This document shows, in pieces, positions 37,945-47,035 of a DNA stretch of 64,000 nt. The DNA comes from Nitrospirota bacterium (GTDB taxonomy: Bacteria; Nitrospirota; UBA9217). Within the stretch, counting starts at the first letter, position 1, and every line of letters begins with the position of its first letter. Under the pieces are notes generated by a model, which searched no databases, was not told where the DNA came from, and saw only the letters and a program-made list of their open reading frames with translations. A program made the position numbers and the translations under genes. The DNA is taken from positions 160,001 to 224,000 of the forward strand of contig CAWIYV010000011.1 of assembly GCA_963840455.1 (NCBI GenBank). The letters run 5' to 3'.

Positions 37945-39588
37945 TTATTCGATCCTCACCCGGTCCCCTTCCCGGACGCCCGATCCCGCGGCCGTCTCGA
38001 TCACCCAGCGCACCGGTCCCTGGGAAGGGTAGAGGTCGCGCTGGTTGGGGCGGCAGTCGCGGTAGACCCGCGAAACAATCATCGCCGGATCGACAAAGAT
38101 GATGTCGATGGGAAAGGCGACGCTCCCCATCCAGAAGGTCACCTCCACGGGCGCTGGATAGGGAAAGAGCGCTGCCTCGTCCTTCGCAAGCTGCCGGAAT
38201 CCCTGCAGCCCCCGGCGCTGGCTCTCCCCGGTATCGCACAGCAGCACCACCCGGAACGAGCGCGCCCTGCCGGACGGCCCCGCGGGGGTGACGGTCACGG
38301 TCATTTCCTTCGTCTTCTGCGCGGTCTGCAACGCATCAGCGCCCTTCGCGATCTTCACCTCGACTGCCAGCACCAGGATGCCGGCGGCGATCGTGATGAC
38401 GGTGATCAGGGCTCCGACGCGGAAATATTCCATGAACCCGATCTCGATCCGCTTCCTCGCCTGCTGGGCGACAATAAGGTTCGCCACGGACCCGATGAGG
38501 GTGAAGTTGCCGGCCAGCGTGCTGCTCATGGCGAGCGCCAGCCACGCGACCCGGTCGCCGCCCAGGGACTCGATGAACGGCTTCAGCAGCATCACTGCCG
38601 GGACGTTGCTTACAATGTTTGAAAGGAGGGCCGACAGGAGGGACAGGCCCGCGATCCTGCCCGCCGGAGGATAGGACGACAGGTCGCCCGCCTGCCCGAT
38701 CATTAAGCCGGCGAGACCGGAGACCTCGACGCCGTGCATCACGACGAACAGGCCCGAAAAGAACAGCAGGAGCGTCCAGTCGACCCCCTCGAGGACCCGC
38801 TCCGTGCGGATCCCGCCGATGAGCATCAGGAGCACCGCCCCCGCCGCAGCGGTCAGCGAATAGGGATAGCCGAGGGAGAACGCCGCCAGCACACCGGCGC
38901 AGACGGCGAGCGACTTTGCCAGCAGCGGGCCGTTCACCTCTACGGCGGGCATGATCGGGTTACGCGTGAACGGACGCCCATTCAGGTCCTTCCGGTACAC
39001 GACCCGTATCACGGCGATGCTCACCAGGAACCCGATTATCGTGACCGGGACAAGCGCGCCGAAAAAGGACAGGTAGGGGATCCCGGAGTGGATGCCGATC
39101 AGCATGTTCTGCGGATTGCCGGTGATGGTCATGACGCTGCCGATGTTCGATGCCGTGGCGAGCGCCAGGAGGTAGGGCATGGGGCGGACGCCGAGCTGCG
39201 CTGTCACTTCCAGGATGACCGGCGTGTACAGCAGGCAGATGGTATCGTTCACGAACAGGGCGGAGAGGATGCCCGACGACAGGGTCACGAGCGTCACGAG
39301 CTGGAGCGGGGTCCTGGAGAGCGAAAGGATCCGGCCTGCCATGAGTTCGAAGAAACCGGCCACCCGGAGGTAGACCGTGATGATCATCATCCCGAGCAGC
39401 AGCAGGAGCGTGTGCAGGTCGACGGCCGCAAAGGCCTCGTCGAGCGTGAGCACGCCCGTTACGACCATGAGCACGGCGCCCACCAGCGCTCCGGCGGGCC
39501 GGTCGATGTGCACGCGCGGGATCTGGCGCAAGCCGATGAAAAGATAGGTGATGAGGAAGATGACGAGCGCGGTGATCACGGGGGGCAC
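37945..39588 (-). CDS. ArsB/NhaD/CitMHS-type anion transporter fused to C-terminal DUF192
   Basis: SALFVNDT, SNIGSVMTITGNPQN, SNVPAV, STLAGN; then RGLQG...FWMGSVAFPIDIIF...VIETAAG...GDRV. Confidence 0.88.
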   Translation of the reverse strand: MPPVITALVIFLITYLFIGLRQIPRVHIDRPAGALVGAVLMVVTGVLTLDEAFAAVDLHTLLLLLGMMIITVYLRVAGFFELMAGRILSLSRTPLQLVTLVTLSSGILSALFVNDTICLLYTPVILEVTAQLGVRPMPYLLALATASNIGSVMTITGNPQNMLIGIHSGIPYLSFFGALVPVTIIGFLVSIAVIRVVYRKDLNGRPFTRNPIMPAVEVNGPLLAKSLAVCAGVLAAFSLGYPYSLTAAAGAVLLMLIGGIRTERVLEGVDWTLLLFFSGLFVVMHGVEVSGLAGLMIGQAGDLSSYPPAGRIAGLSLLSALLSNIVSNVPAVMLLKPFIESLGGDRVAWLALAMSSTLAGNFTLIGSVANLIVAQQARKRIEIGFMEYFRVGALITVITIAAGILVLAVEVKIAKGADALQTAQKTKEMTVTVTPAGPSGRARSFRVVLLCDTGESQRRGLQGFRQLAKDEAALFPYPAPVEVTFWMGSVAFPIDIIFVDPAMIVSRVYRDCRPNQRDLYPSQGPVRWVIETAAGSGVREGDRVRIE

Positions 39589-39777
39589 TCTAACATATAC
39601 GGATGGAGAAATTCAAGCATCCAATGAGAGCGAGCTCATACGGACACACTGCCGATTGTGTCTTTGCGAGGAGCATAGCGGCGGAGCTATCCCACATTTG
39701 CCAAGAGGGATAATTTTCATAAGGATCGGCCGAAAAGTCCTCAAACAGGGGAAATGGGGTGTTGAGCGAATTGCGCC

Positions 39778-39890
39778 AAGCTCCCTGCAGCAAGCTGCAG
39801 GGAATCTTCGATCCTCAAGGCAGTACTATTGATTCTAATCGCCCGCGAACCCCGCAGCAAGCTGCGGGGAATGCGCTCGCTCCTGGATTA
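39778..39890 (+). repeat. Double-hairpin dispersed repeat, copy 6
   Basis: Matches 18524-18641. Confidence 0.88.
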
Positions 39891-39999
39891 AATAAGCCTT
39901 CGTGCCGTGAACGCGACAAATCATGTGACAGCCGAACCTGGATTTTGATATAATGCCGAAAACACCTCAACCCTTTGTTAAGCGTAACAGGAGCTGAGC

Positions 40000-40521
40000 A
40001 TGCGCCGTCTCAGATATAACGTGGCCGCGAGCCTCGACGGCTTCATCGCCGGTGTCACAGGCGACTACGACTGGATCGTTCAAGACAGTAGCATCGACTT
40101 CGACGCTTTGTTCGCCGAATTTGATCTGCTCGTCATGGGCAGAAAGACCTACGAGGTGCTTAAGACCCAAGGTGATCAAGACCCTACGATTGGGCGGAAA
40201 GTGATCGTGGCTTCCCGTACACTGGCATCTGCCGATCGCGAGGACGTTCAAATCATTGGTCACGACATTGTTGAAAAGGTTGCTGCGCTGAAGGAACAGC
40301 CGGGGAAGGATATTTGGCTCTTCGGCGGCGGGACCTTGGCGCGGACACTCTTTGACGCGAGGCTCGTCGACACAGTCGAAGTGGCGGTCATGCCCGTTGT
40401 TCTTAGCGAAGGGATCCCCCTATTGCCGCCAGGCAGGCGGATACATCTTTCGCTGCTTTCGGCCGCTTCGCTTGCTACGGGAATTCAGCTGCTGAAGTAC
40501 CGTGCAGAATATGACGCCTAA
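40000..40521 (+). CDS. Dihydrofolate reductase / RibD C-terminal family protein
   Basis: AASLDGFIA, MGRKTYE, DIWLFGGG, MPVVLSEGIPL. Confidence 0.9.
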   Translation: MRRLRYNVAASLDGFIAGVTGDYDWIVQDSSIDFDALFAEFDLLVMGRKTYEVLKTQGDQDPTIGRKVIVASRTLASADREDVQIIGHDIVEKVAALKEQPGKDIWLFGGGTLARTLFDARLVDTVEVAVMPVVLSEGIPLLPPGRRIHLSLLSAASLATGIQLLKYRAEYDA

Positions 40522-40661
40522 CCCCTCGATGGAGCGTGCGTCTTTCAGTGGCTGTGCCAGCTTCCAGCCGTCGCTCATGTCGAATGGTGCCCGGCAGAAC
40601 AAGATCACGACCACGGTCCTCCCGTGACCATGGTCCGGCATCGCGAGGCCACCGATACATT

Positions 40662-41411
40662 ATGAGTTCCTCCCTCCCCATTCTCGACCGCATCCTTGCC
40701 GCCCACGGCGGCATCGATACCTGGAACAGCCTCGAGACCATCGACGCGGTCATCTCGGCCTCGGGCTTCCTGTTCACGGCCAAGCAACGGCCTGCGCTGG
40801 ACCATGTCCGTATGCGCGCCTGGACCCGCGAGCCGCGCTTCGCCTTCTATGATTTCCCCCGCACCGGCCAGACCGCCGAACTCATCGGAGCGAACGAGGT
40901 CCGCATCAGCGACAGGGATGGCATCGTGCTCAGCCGCCGGGAAGATCCGCGTTCAGCGTTCCGTTCGTTCAGGCGTCTGTTCTCATGGGACGACCTCGAC
41001 TTCATCTACTTCGCCGGATACGCGACATGGAACTATCTGACCTCGCCCTTTCTCCTCGCCTTTCCCGGCGTCATGGTCACGGAGCTGGGGCCGGCGAAGG
41101 GCAGCCTGGCATCGTTCACCCGCCTGCAGATCACGTTCCCCGACTCCATCCCGACCCACTGCAGACAGCAGACCTTCTATTTCGACGGGCAGCATCTCCT
41201 CCGGCGGCTGGACTACACCGCCGAGGTCGTCGGCGGCTGGGCCCATGCCGCCCATCTGTGCGACGGGTACCGTTCCTTCGACGGCATCAATGCCCCGACA
41301 GAGCGGCGCGTTCTGCCGCTCTTCTTCGGACGCGGCCCGCTTCCCGGTCCGACGCTCGTCGCCATCAGTGTCCATGAACTCCGGCCGAAGGCAGGGGTGA
41401 CAGCGGCATGA
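40662..41411 (+). CDS. Conserved hypothetical protein
   Basis: AHGGIDTW, WDDLDFIYFAGYATWNY and THCRQQTFYFD...RRLDY; core-like codon usage. Confidence 0.75.
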   Translation: MSSSLPILDRILAAHGGIDTWNSLETIDAVISASGFLFTAKQRPALDHVRMRAWTREPRFAFYDFPRTGQTAELIGANEVRISDRDGIVLSRREDPRSAFRSFRRLFSWDDLDFIYFAGYATWNYLTSPFLLAFPGVMVTELGPAKGSLASFTRLQITFPDSIPTHCRQQTFYFDGQHLLRRLDYTAEVVGGWAHAAHLCDGYRSFDGINAPTERRVLPLFFGRGPLPGPTLVAISVHELRPKAGVTAA

Positions 41412-41938
41412 CCATGACGTTTCCGCGACGATCGGGACGGACGGTCCGCGAACTTCCCCTCCTGATCGCTGCGCTCGTTCTTGTCTGCCTCTCCGCCGGC
41501 GCGCCGGCGGACGCTGCGGACCTGGCGGACTTTGCGAGCGACGGCTGCAGCCTCTTCCTCGACGGCACGATAACGGACCGGGCGAAGTGGTGCGGTTGCT
41601 GCCTGATGCATGACATCGCCTACTGGCGAGGCGGGACCGAGGAGGAGCGAAAACGAGCGGATGCGGCACTCCGCGACTGCGTGCTCGAACACACCGGCGA
41701 CAAGGCGCTTTCCGAGACCATGTACCTCGGCGTCCGTGCCGGCGGCCATCCCGTCTTCCCCGCTTGGTATCGCTGGGCCTACGGCTGGCCCTACGGCCGG
41801 GGCTACAAGCGTCTGCACGATGAGGAGCGGGAGCAGGTCCGGAAAAAGCTGGATGAGTATTGGATGAGCCATCCCGGGGGATACTGCGCTGAGAAACACG
41901 GAACTATGCCGAAGAAAGAACGAGGTGACGACAATTGA
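41408..41938 (+). CDS. Secreted Cys-rich protein, prokaryotic phospholipase-A2-like motif
   Basis: Signal peptide; SDGCS...CCLMHDIAYW...ADAALRDC. Confidence 0.65.
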   Translation: MTMTFPRRSGRTVRELPLLIAALVLVCLSAGAPADAADLADFASDGCSLFLDGTITDRAKWCGCCLMHDIAYWRGGTEEERKRADAALRDCVLEHTGDKALSETMYLGVRAGGHPVFPAWYRWAYGWPYGRGYKRLHDEEREQVRKKLDEYWMSHPGGYCAEKHGTMPKKERGDDN

Positions 41939-42507
41939 TCAGATGGCTGATGCGAACCACGCTCCTGGTGTGCGTCGTGACCATGGCGGCATTTCCCGCC
42001 GCGGCAGAACAGCCCGTCCGGCCGATCGAATGGGCAACGCCGGTCCAATCACAGCATCTCAAGAACTTCTATCGCCTCGACGAAAAGGTCTACCGTTCGG
42101 CTCAGCCGGACCGCAAGGGATTCGAGGAACTGAAACGGCTCGGCATCAGGAACGTGCTGAGCTTCCGCGACCATCATGCAGATGACCGTGACGCGAAAGG
42201 CCTGGGATTGACGCTCCATCGCATCAAGATGGAGGCAGGCGAGATCAAAGACGAACAGGTGGCCGAGGCGCTGCGGTTCATCAAGAGGGCGAAGGGGCCG
42301 GTCCTGATCCACTGCTGGCATGGCTCAGACCGTACGGGTCTCATAAGCGCCCTGTACCGCATCCTGTACCAGAACTGGTCAAAGGACGAAGCGATCGAGG
42401 AACTGATGAAGGGCGGCTATGGGTATCACTCGCTCTACCGGAACATCCCGGAGTATATACGGAAGGTGAACATCGAGGAGCTCAGGAAACACGTGGTCGC
42501 GCCGTGA
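41935..42507 (+). CDS. Exported tyrosine/dual-specificity phosphatase
   Basis: YRSAQP, HCWHGSDRTG (CX5R). Confidence 0.9.
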   Translation: MIRWLMRTTLLVCVVTMAAFPAAAEQPVRPIEWATPVQSQHLKNFYRLDEKVYRSAQPDRKGFEELKRLGIRNVLSFRDHHADDRDAKGLGLTLHRIKMEAGEIKDEQVAEALRFIKRAKGPVLIHCWHGSDRTGLISALYRILYQNWSKDEAIEELMKGGYGYHSLYRNIPEYIRKVNIEELRKHVVAP

Positions 42508-42581
42508 TGAGACAGCAACGGGCCAGCGCCTGCCCAATTGGTCAATGACAGCCGAAACCGGGACTTCCGTGAAAAACCGCC

Positions 42582-42610
42582 TTGACACGGTGGGATACAT
42601 GGATTATAAA
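42582..42610 (+). promoter_or_regulatory. Sigma-70 promoter of TA pair (likely leaderless transcript)
   Basis: TTGACA-N17-TATAAA ending 6 nt before ATG 42617; no RBS. Confidence 0.6.
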
Positions 42611-42616
42611 TAATGC

Positions 42617-42868
42617 ATGCAACTTACACAGGAAACAAAAAACTCACTTGTTCGCGAATACGCGCTGTGTTCAAGCGCTATAGCCTACTATAAAAAGGCG
42701 ACGAAGGAGTTTGAGCGAAAATATCGCATCACCACCAACACCTTCTTGAAGCGCTTTGAGACCGGAGAGATCGGCGATGATGCCGATTACTTCGACTGGT
42801 ATGCCTTTTCCCGGCTCCTTGCGCAATGGCAGAAGACCCAGACGGCGCTCCGCACCGCGATCAGATGA
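42617..42868 (+). CDS. Putative antitoxin (TumA-like)
   Basis: EFERKY.ITT..F..RF..GEIGDDADYFDW motif; overlaps the next gene (ATGA). Confidence 0.7.
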   Translation: MQLTQETKNSLVREYALCSSAIAYYKKATKEFERKYRITTNTFLKRFETGEIGDDADYFDWYAFSRLLAQWQKTQTALRTAIR

Positions 42869-43245
42869 TCCAGCGATATCTTGACGATATTGAAAAGGTC
42901 ATCGGGTCACATCCCACGATCCTCTCTTCCACTCTGCAAAAACGACTCGGCCCGGACGGCAAGACGATCTACGTAACAGGAAACATTATGTTCTCGGACC
43001 TGTCGGTCCTGGAGATCGCGATCTTCGCCGCGGAAATACGCAACAAGATAGCTGTGGACAAATACCGGTTTCAGTACATGGACAAGAAAGGCCGGATGGT
43101 CTTCCGCTACGACAACGCACCACATCATCGCGAAGCACCAACGTTCCCGCATCATAAACATTTACCCAATAGAGTAAGTCCATCGACGCAACCTTCCCTC
43201 ACAGATATCCTCAACGAGATCAGCGCAGCTATTCTCAACAAATAG
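42865..43245 (+). CDS. DUF6516 / TumE-like putative toxin
   Basis: YRFQY...FRYDNAPHH...TFPHHKH motif. Confidence 0.8.
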   Translation: MIQRYLDDIEKVIGSHPTILSSTLQKRLGPDGKTIYVTGNIMFSDLSVLEIAIFAAEIRNKIAVDKYRFQYMDKKGRMVFRYDNAPHHREAPTFPHHKHLPNRVSPSTQPSLTDILNEISAAILNK

Positions 43246-43295
43246 GCCAACCCGGCATAACATTCCATCAGGTCATGACGAACCCTCTATAGCCT

Positions 43296-43946
43296 TCAAT
43301 GGCCTCTGTGGATCCTTATAGTATTTCGAGAATACATGAAATCATCCAGTGAATATGCCACGATCGGCCGAAGACCCCTGCCAGCATATTCAAGCGTCTT
43401 GAACAAATAACCGATGAACGTTCCCGAATAACGATAGCAACGGATACAACCCTCAATGCGTTCCTGGATCATATCGTACCGACCGTCCCAGCACGATAGC
43501 TCTGGGCACTGTTCGATCCACGCATCTATCGTAAACCTGAGCAGCTTGGTAATTTCCTGTTTGGCAGCCGCGTTTCCCCGTTGAGCAATTCTTACCAGTG
43601 CAATGCTGATGATATCCCTTGCTTGCTCATCATATGCATCCACCGGAGAGAGAAACGTATAAAGTTTATCGTGGTACTTCCCCAGAATGATCCCGACTGC
43701 CTTACTGTCCCTGACACATTTTGTCGGTCTGCCCCTGCGCGATGCCTGCCATCTTCGCTGTAATTTTCGGTCCAATGCACGGGTGACCGTGTCCCAGTCT
43801 ATGCCGCCGATCTCCGTTCTGACGTTGTGCTGGATAAAGCAATAGGCCTGCGGGGCATGTTTTCGTATCCAGGAGCTGCAAAAGGTAGGAGGTTGGATAG
43901 TTCTGAGGAGATGGTTGATTGCCTTGACAGCGGAGGGAAAGTCCAT
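43296..43946 (-). CDS. Hypothetical protein with sigma-factor region-2-like segment
   Basis: LVRIAQRGNAAAKQEI...CIRCYRYSGTFIGYL. Confidence 0.55.
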   Translation of the reverse strand: MDFPSAVKAINHLLRTIQPPTFCSSWIRKHAPQAYCFIQHNVRTEIGGIDWDTVTRALDRKLQRRWQASRRGRPTKCVRDSKAVGIILGKYHDKLYTFLSPVDAYDEQARDIISIALVRIAQRGNAAAKQEITKLLRFTIDAWIEQCPELSCWDGRYDMIQERIEGCIRCYRYSGTFIGYLFKTLEYAGRGLRPIVAYSLDDFMYSRNTIRIHRGH

Positions 43947-44041
43947 GGATTCAGCATAGAATCTGAAATAAGCTATCTACTTCCGTACTGCCGCGCCAAG
44001 CCCTGTGGCCTGCGGTTTCTTAAACCGCGCGCCTGTGAGCA

Positions 44042-46915
44042 CTACTGCCCCTCCACGATCTTGATTTCCTCTCCCGTCAAACCGTATAGTTCATACACCA
44101 ACTGATCGATTTGCCGGTCGGTGGCGTCGATCTGGCGCTGGAGGGCAGTCTTTTCATGGTCGGTCTTGGCTCCAGGTAGTTGCTTGTTAAGCGAAAGCAT
44201 CTGGTCGACGAGAGAAACCAGCTTTTCTTTTGCTTGGTTACCCGATGTCATGATGGATATTTGAGACAATTGATTTGACGCTATATGGTTGTTTCCCGAG
44301 AAATGATTCCGAAAGAAAAAATTTACCAGGGTACTGTTCAATATACCCAACAAGTATTTTAAAGGCCAGGCACTCTTTGCTTCCGGTTTTAGATTAACGA
44401 CGTTGGTCGATTGTAAACAGAAATATTGTCTGTTGTCATAGGTGGCGATAATTCTCCGCGACAATGTTATGTTTCTTATCTCCTGAACTACCAGTTTCTC
44501 GTCTGATTCGAATATTTCTCGCTTACGAGGTGCGTCCAATACTGAAGGCTCATAATATACATACGTTCCTTCTTTAACGGGTTCATACCTTCCAATCTCG
44601 CTACCGCCTGCTGCTCGCATCCACAGACCCGATTGTTTCTTTGCAGAGATATATTTATCATTATCCCCTGTACGAAGACCTTGGTTGATCGTACAAAGGT
44701 CGCCCAGATGTGTTTTAGCTTTCGCCAGTTTGCTAAAAATACCCAATTCGCTCGGAGATATCTTGACTTGCCATGCCGCACGGTGATTATTTGCCCAGAC
44801 ATTTTGGTCGACCTTATATTCACGAGTAGGAGAGGGAAAAGTTTGTGCCGTCGTCAGAATCACGTCACACGATCTACACTTGGAATGTGTCGATTTCCTT
44901 TTCTCAACTACAAAAACCATAGTCTCATTTTTTGCATTTACAAAGACTCCCGGTCCAATATCAATGACTTTGATCAGACATGACGTGTCAAGAAGATATC
45001 GCCTTAGCTTTTCAAATGAGTCATTGCTCAGCAATGTATGAGGAATAATAAAGGAATGCAAACCAAGAGGCCGCAAGAGTTTTTTCAATGACAGCTCCAT
45101 GAAGAGTCCATAAACATCAAATCGATATTCGCATGTGTGGTATGTTTTACTGAAATACTGTTTTTCAACTTCATCAAGTTCGGTAATGAATAAGTATGGA
45201 GGATTTCCTATTATGGCATCAAAACCACCAGACTTAATTATTTCAGGAAAGCCATCCTCCCAGTCGAACATATTGATCAGAAATTTATCTGCGCCATCGA
45301 GCATCTTTTGTTGTGTTTGAAAGTCATACCCGATAAGTGAATTCCCGCACTTGATGTTGTCACCAAGGTCGGGAAGAGCACGCTCGTGAATGAAGGTGCT
45401 TTGAAGTGTCTGGCTGTTCTCGCCTTCGAGAACTTTCAACAGCAAAGAGAGCTTGGTCACTTCCACGGCCTGGGAGTCGATGTCCACGCCGTAGATGTTG
45501 TTCAACAGGATTCTCTTTCTCTCCGTTGTGGTCAGGCGATAATCCCCGCCCCGTACCTGGTAGAGTGTAGGGTTCTTGCCAATCGCCCACTTGCTCGGAT
45601 CATCTTTCACATACCATTCGTGGTGCCAGTCGAGAAGGTACTGATACGCACCGAGCAGGAACGAGCCGGAACCGCATGCGGGGTCGAGGATGCGGAACTT
45701 CTCGACTTCCTTCGGCTTATTATTCTCGACCAGTTTTCCCACAGTGTTCTTGACGATGTAATCGACAATGTACTTCGGTGTGTAGTAAACACCGCCGGCC
45801 TTCCTGACTTCGGGTTTCTCCTCAACCTTTGCCTGATGTCCTGCAGTGAGGCGAATGACTTTGCCGAGGAACTGTTCGTACACCTGGCCGAGGATATCGG
45901 CTGAGAGGACGGAAAATTCATAGGGGCTTTCAGGATAGTAGAGCCGCTTGATGATGTCCTTGAGCGGCTTGTCGTCGATCTCGATCTTCGGCGTGAGGCT
46001 GTCCGGCTCTTCATGGCGGTCTTTTTCTTTCTGAAAGTGGAACAGGCCGGAGTTGTACCGGTCATCGGCCTGGGAGAAGAGCTGGACGAGCCGCTTATAG
46101 GCATTGGTACCGTTCTGGAGTGCCTGCAGCCGGCCGTAGTTCTCAATGCCCCGGTCCTCGCAGATGCGCAGGAACACGATACGATCTATTGTGCGCTGAA
46201 CGCAGAAGTTAAGCTCCCGCTGGGACAGCTTCGGATTCCGGAGAGCGATGTTCCGGGCCAGCAGGTCGCGCCAATCCTCTATTTCCATCAGAAATGCATC
46301 GTCAACGGTCGCCGTACCCTTCTTGAGCCTGCTTGTTTCGGCATACTTGTCGAAGGACCCTTTGAGGACGGCGTCACGGGAGAAAATTGAGGATATCTCT
46401 CCCCATTTTTCCGGATAGTCCTTGAAGGTGAAATAGAGCGTTCGGGCGACCGAGGCTTTGTCGTTCTTGTCCGGCCTGATGCGGGTGTCGTAGACCGCGA
46501 ATTCCTCGAAGTCGCACAAGATACTTAGGGGGAGCTTTGCCGACCAGGCGTATCTGCGGAGTTGGAAGGCGGGCGGGATCTCCTCCTTTATATATACTGA
46601 AGGCTTTTTGGCTTCGAGGAAGAACTTGCGGGTGCCGCCGATGCGGAAGCAATAGTCCGGGGCCTTGGTCTCCTGGCCGATCTTGATTGCGTCCTCGTGA
46701 ATGACTTCCTTGTACGCCTCGGCATAGCCCGCGCGATTCGTCATGTCCCAGCCGAGCGCTTCGAACAGCGGGTTCAGAAACTCCTGCCGGAGCTGCGTTT
46801 CATTGTATTTTCCTGATCGATAGGATTCGAGGTTCTGGTCAAAGCGTTCGACGAGGGTGAGGACTTCTGGAGGGCAGGAAATGACGCGAGCTTCTTTGTT
46901 CTGCTCTTTCTTCAT
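44042..46915 (-). CDS. Type IIG (Eco57I-like) restriction-modification fusion enzyme
   Basis: N-terminal PDY...LEAKK nuclease; GVYYTP, LDPACGSGSFL, IGNPPY; TaqI-C-like TRD; IDQLVYELYGL tail. Confidence 0.93.
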   Translation of the reverse strand: MKKEQNKEARVISCPPEVLTLVERFDQNLESYRSGKYNETQLRQEFLNPLFEALGWDMTNRAGYAEAYKEVIHEDAIKIGQETKAPDYCFRIGGTRKFFLEAKKPSVYIKEEIPPAFQLRRYAWSAKLPLSILCDFEEFAVYDTRIRPDKNDKASVARTLYFTFKDYPEKWGEISSIFSRDAVLKGSFDKYAETSRLKKGTATVDDAFLMEIEDWRDLLARNIALRNPKLSQRELNFCVQRTIDRIVFLRICEDRGIENYGRLQALQNGTNAYKRLVQLFSQADDRYNSGLFHFQKEKDRHEEPDSLTPKIEIDDKPLKDIIKRLYYPESPYEFSVLSADILGQVYEQFLGKVIRLTAGHQAKVEEKPEVRKAGGVYYTPKYIVDYIVKNTVGKLVENNKPKEVEKFRILDPACGSGSFLLGAYQYLLDWHHEWYVKDDPSKWAIGKNPTLYQVRGGDYRLTTTERKRILLNNIYGVDIDSQAVEVTKLSLLLKVLEGENSQTLQSTFIHERALPDLGDNIKCGNSLIGYDFQTQQKMLDGADKFLINMFDWEDGFPEIIKSGGFDAIIGNPPYLFITELDEVEKQYFSKTYHTCEYRFDVYGLFMELSLKKLLRPLGLHSFIIPHTLLSNDSFEKLRRYLLDTSCLIKVIDIGPGVFVNAKNETMVFVVEKRKSTHSKCRSCDVILTTAQTFPSPTREYKVDQNVWANNHRAAWQVKISPSELGIFSKLAKAKTHLGDLCTINQGLRTGDNDKYISAKKQSGLWMRAAGGSEIGRYEPVKEGTYVYYEPSVLDAPRKREIFESDEKLVVQEIRNITLSRRIIATYDNRQYFCLQSTNVVNLKPEAKSAWPLKYLLGILNSTLVNFFFRNHFSGNNHIASNQLSQISIMTSGNQAKEKLVSLVDQMLSLNKQLPGAKTDHEKTALQRQIDATDRQIDQLVYELYGLTGEEIKIVEGQ

Positions 46916-46979
46916 TGTAGAGCAAGATTAGTATAAATCATGGAAAATGGCAAGGGACGTTTTCCGCGGGAAAAACGCG

Positions 46980-47016
46980 AAAAAAAAGGCCGCTGTCATT
47001 GTTGACAGCGGCCTTC
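46980..47016 (-). terminator. Rho-independent terminator of the S1 gene
   Basis: - strand aggccgctgtcaa-caa-tgacagcggcc followed by T-run. Confidence 0.8.
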
Positions 47017-47035
47017 GTTCGTACCTGTACTCATG

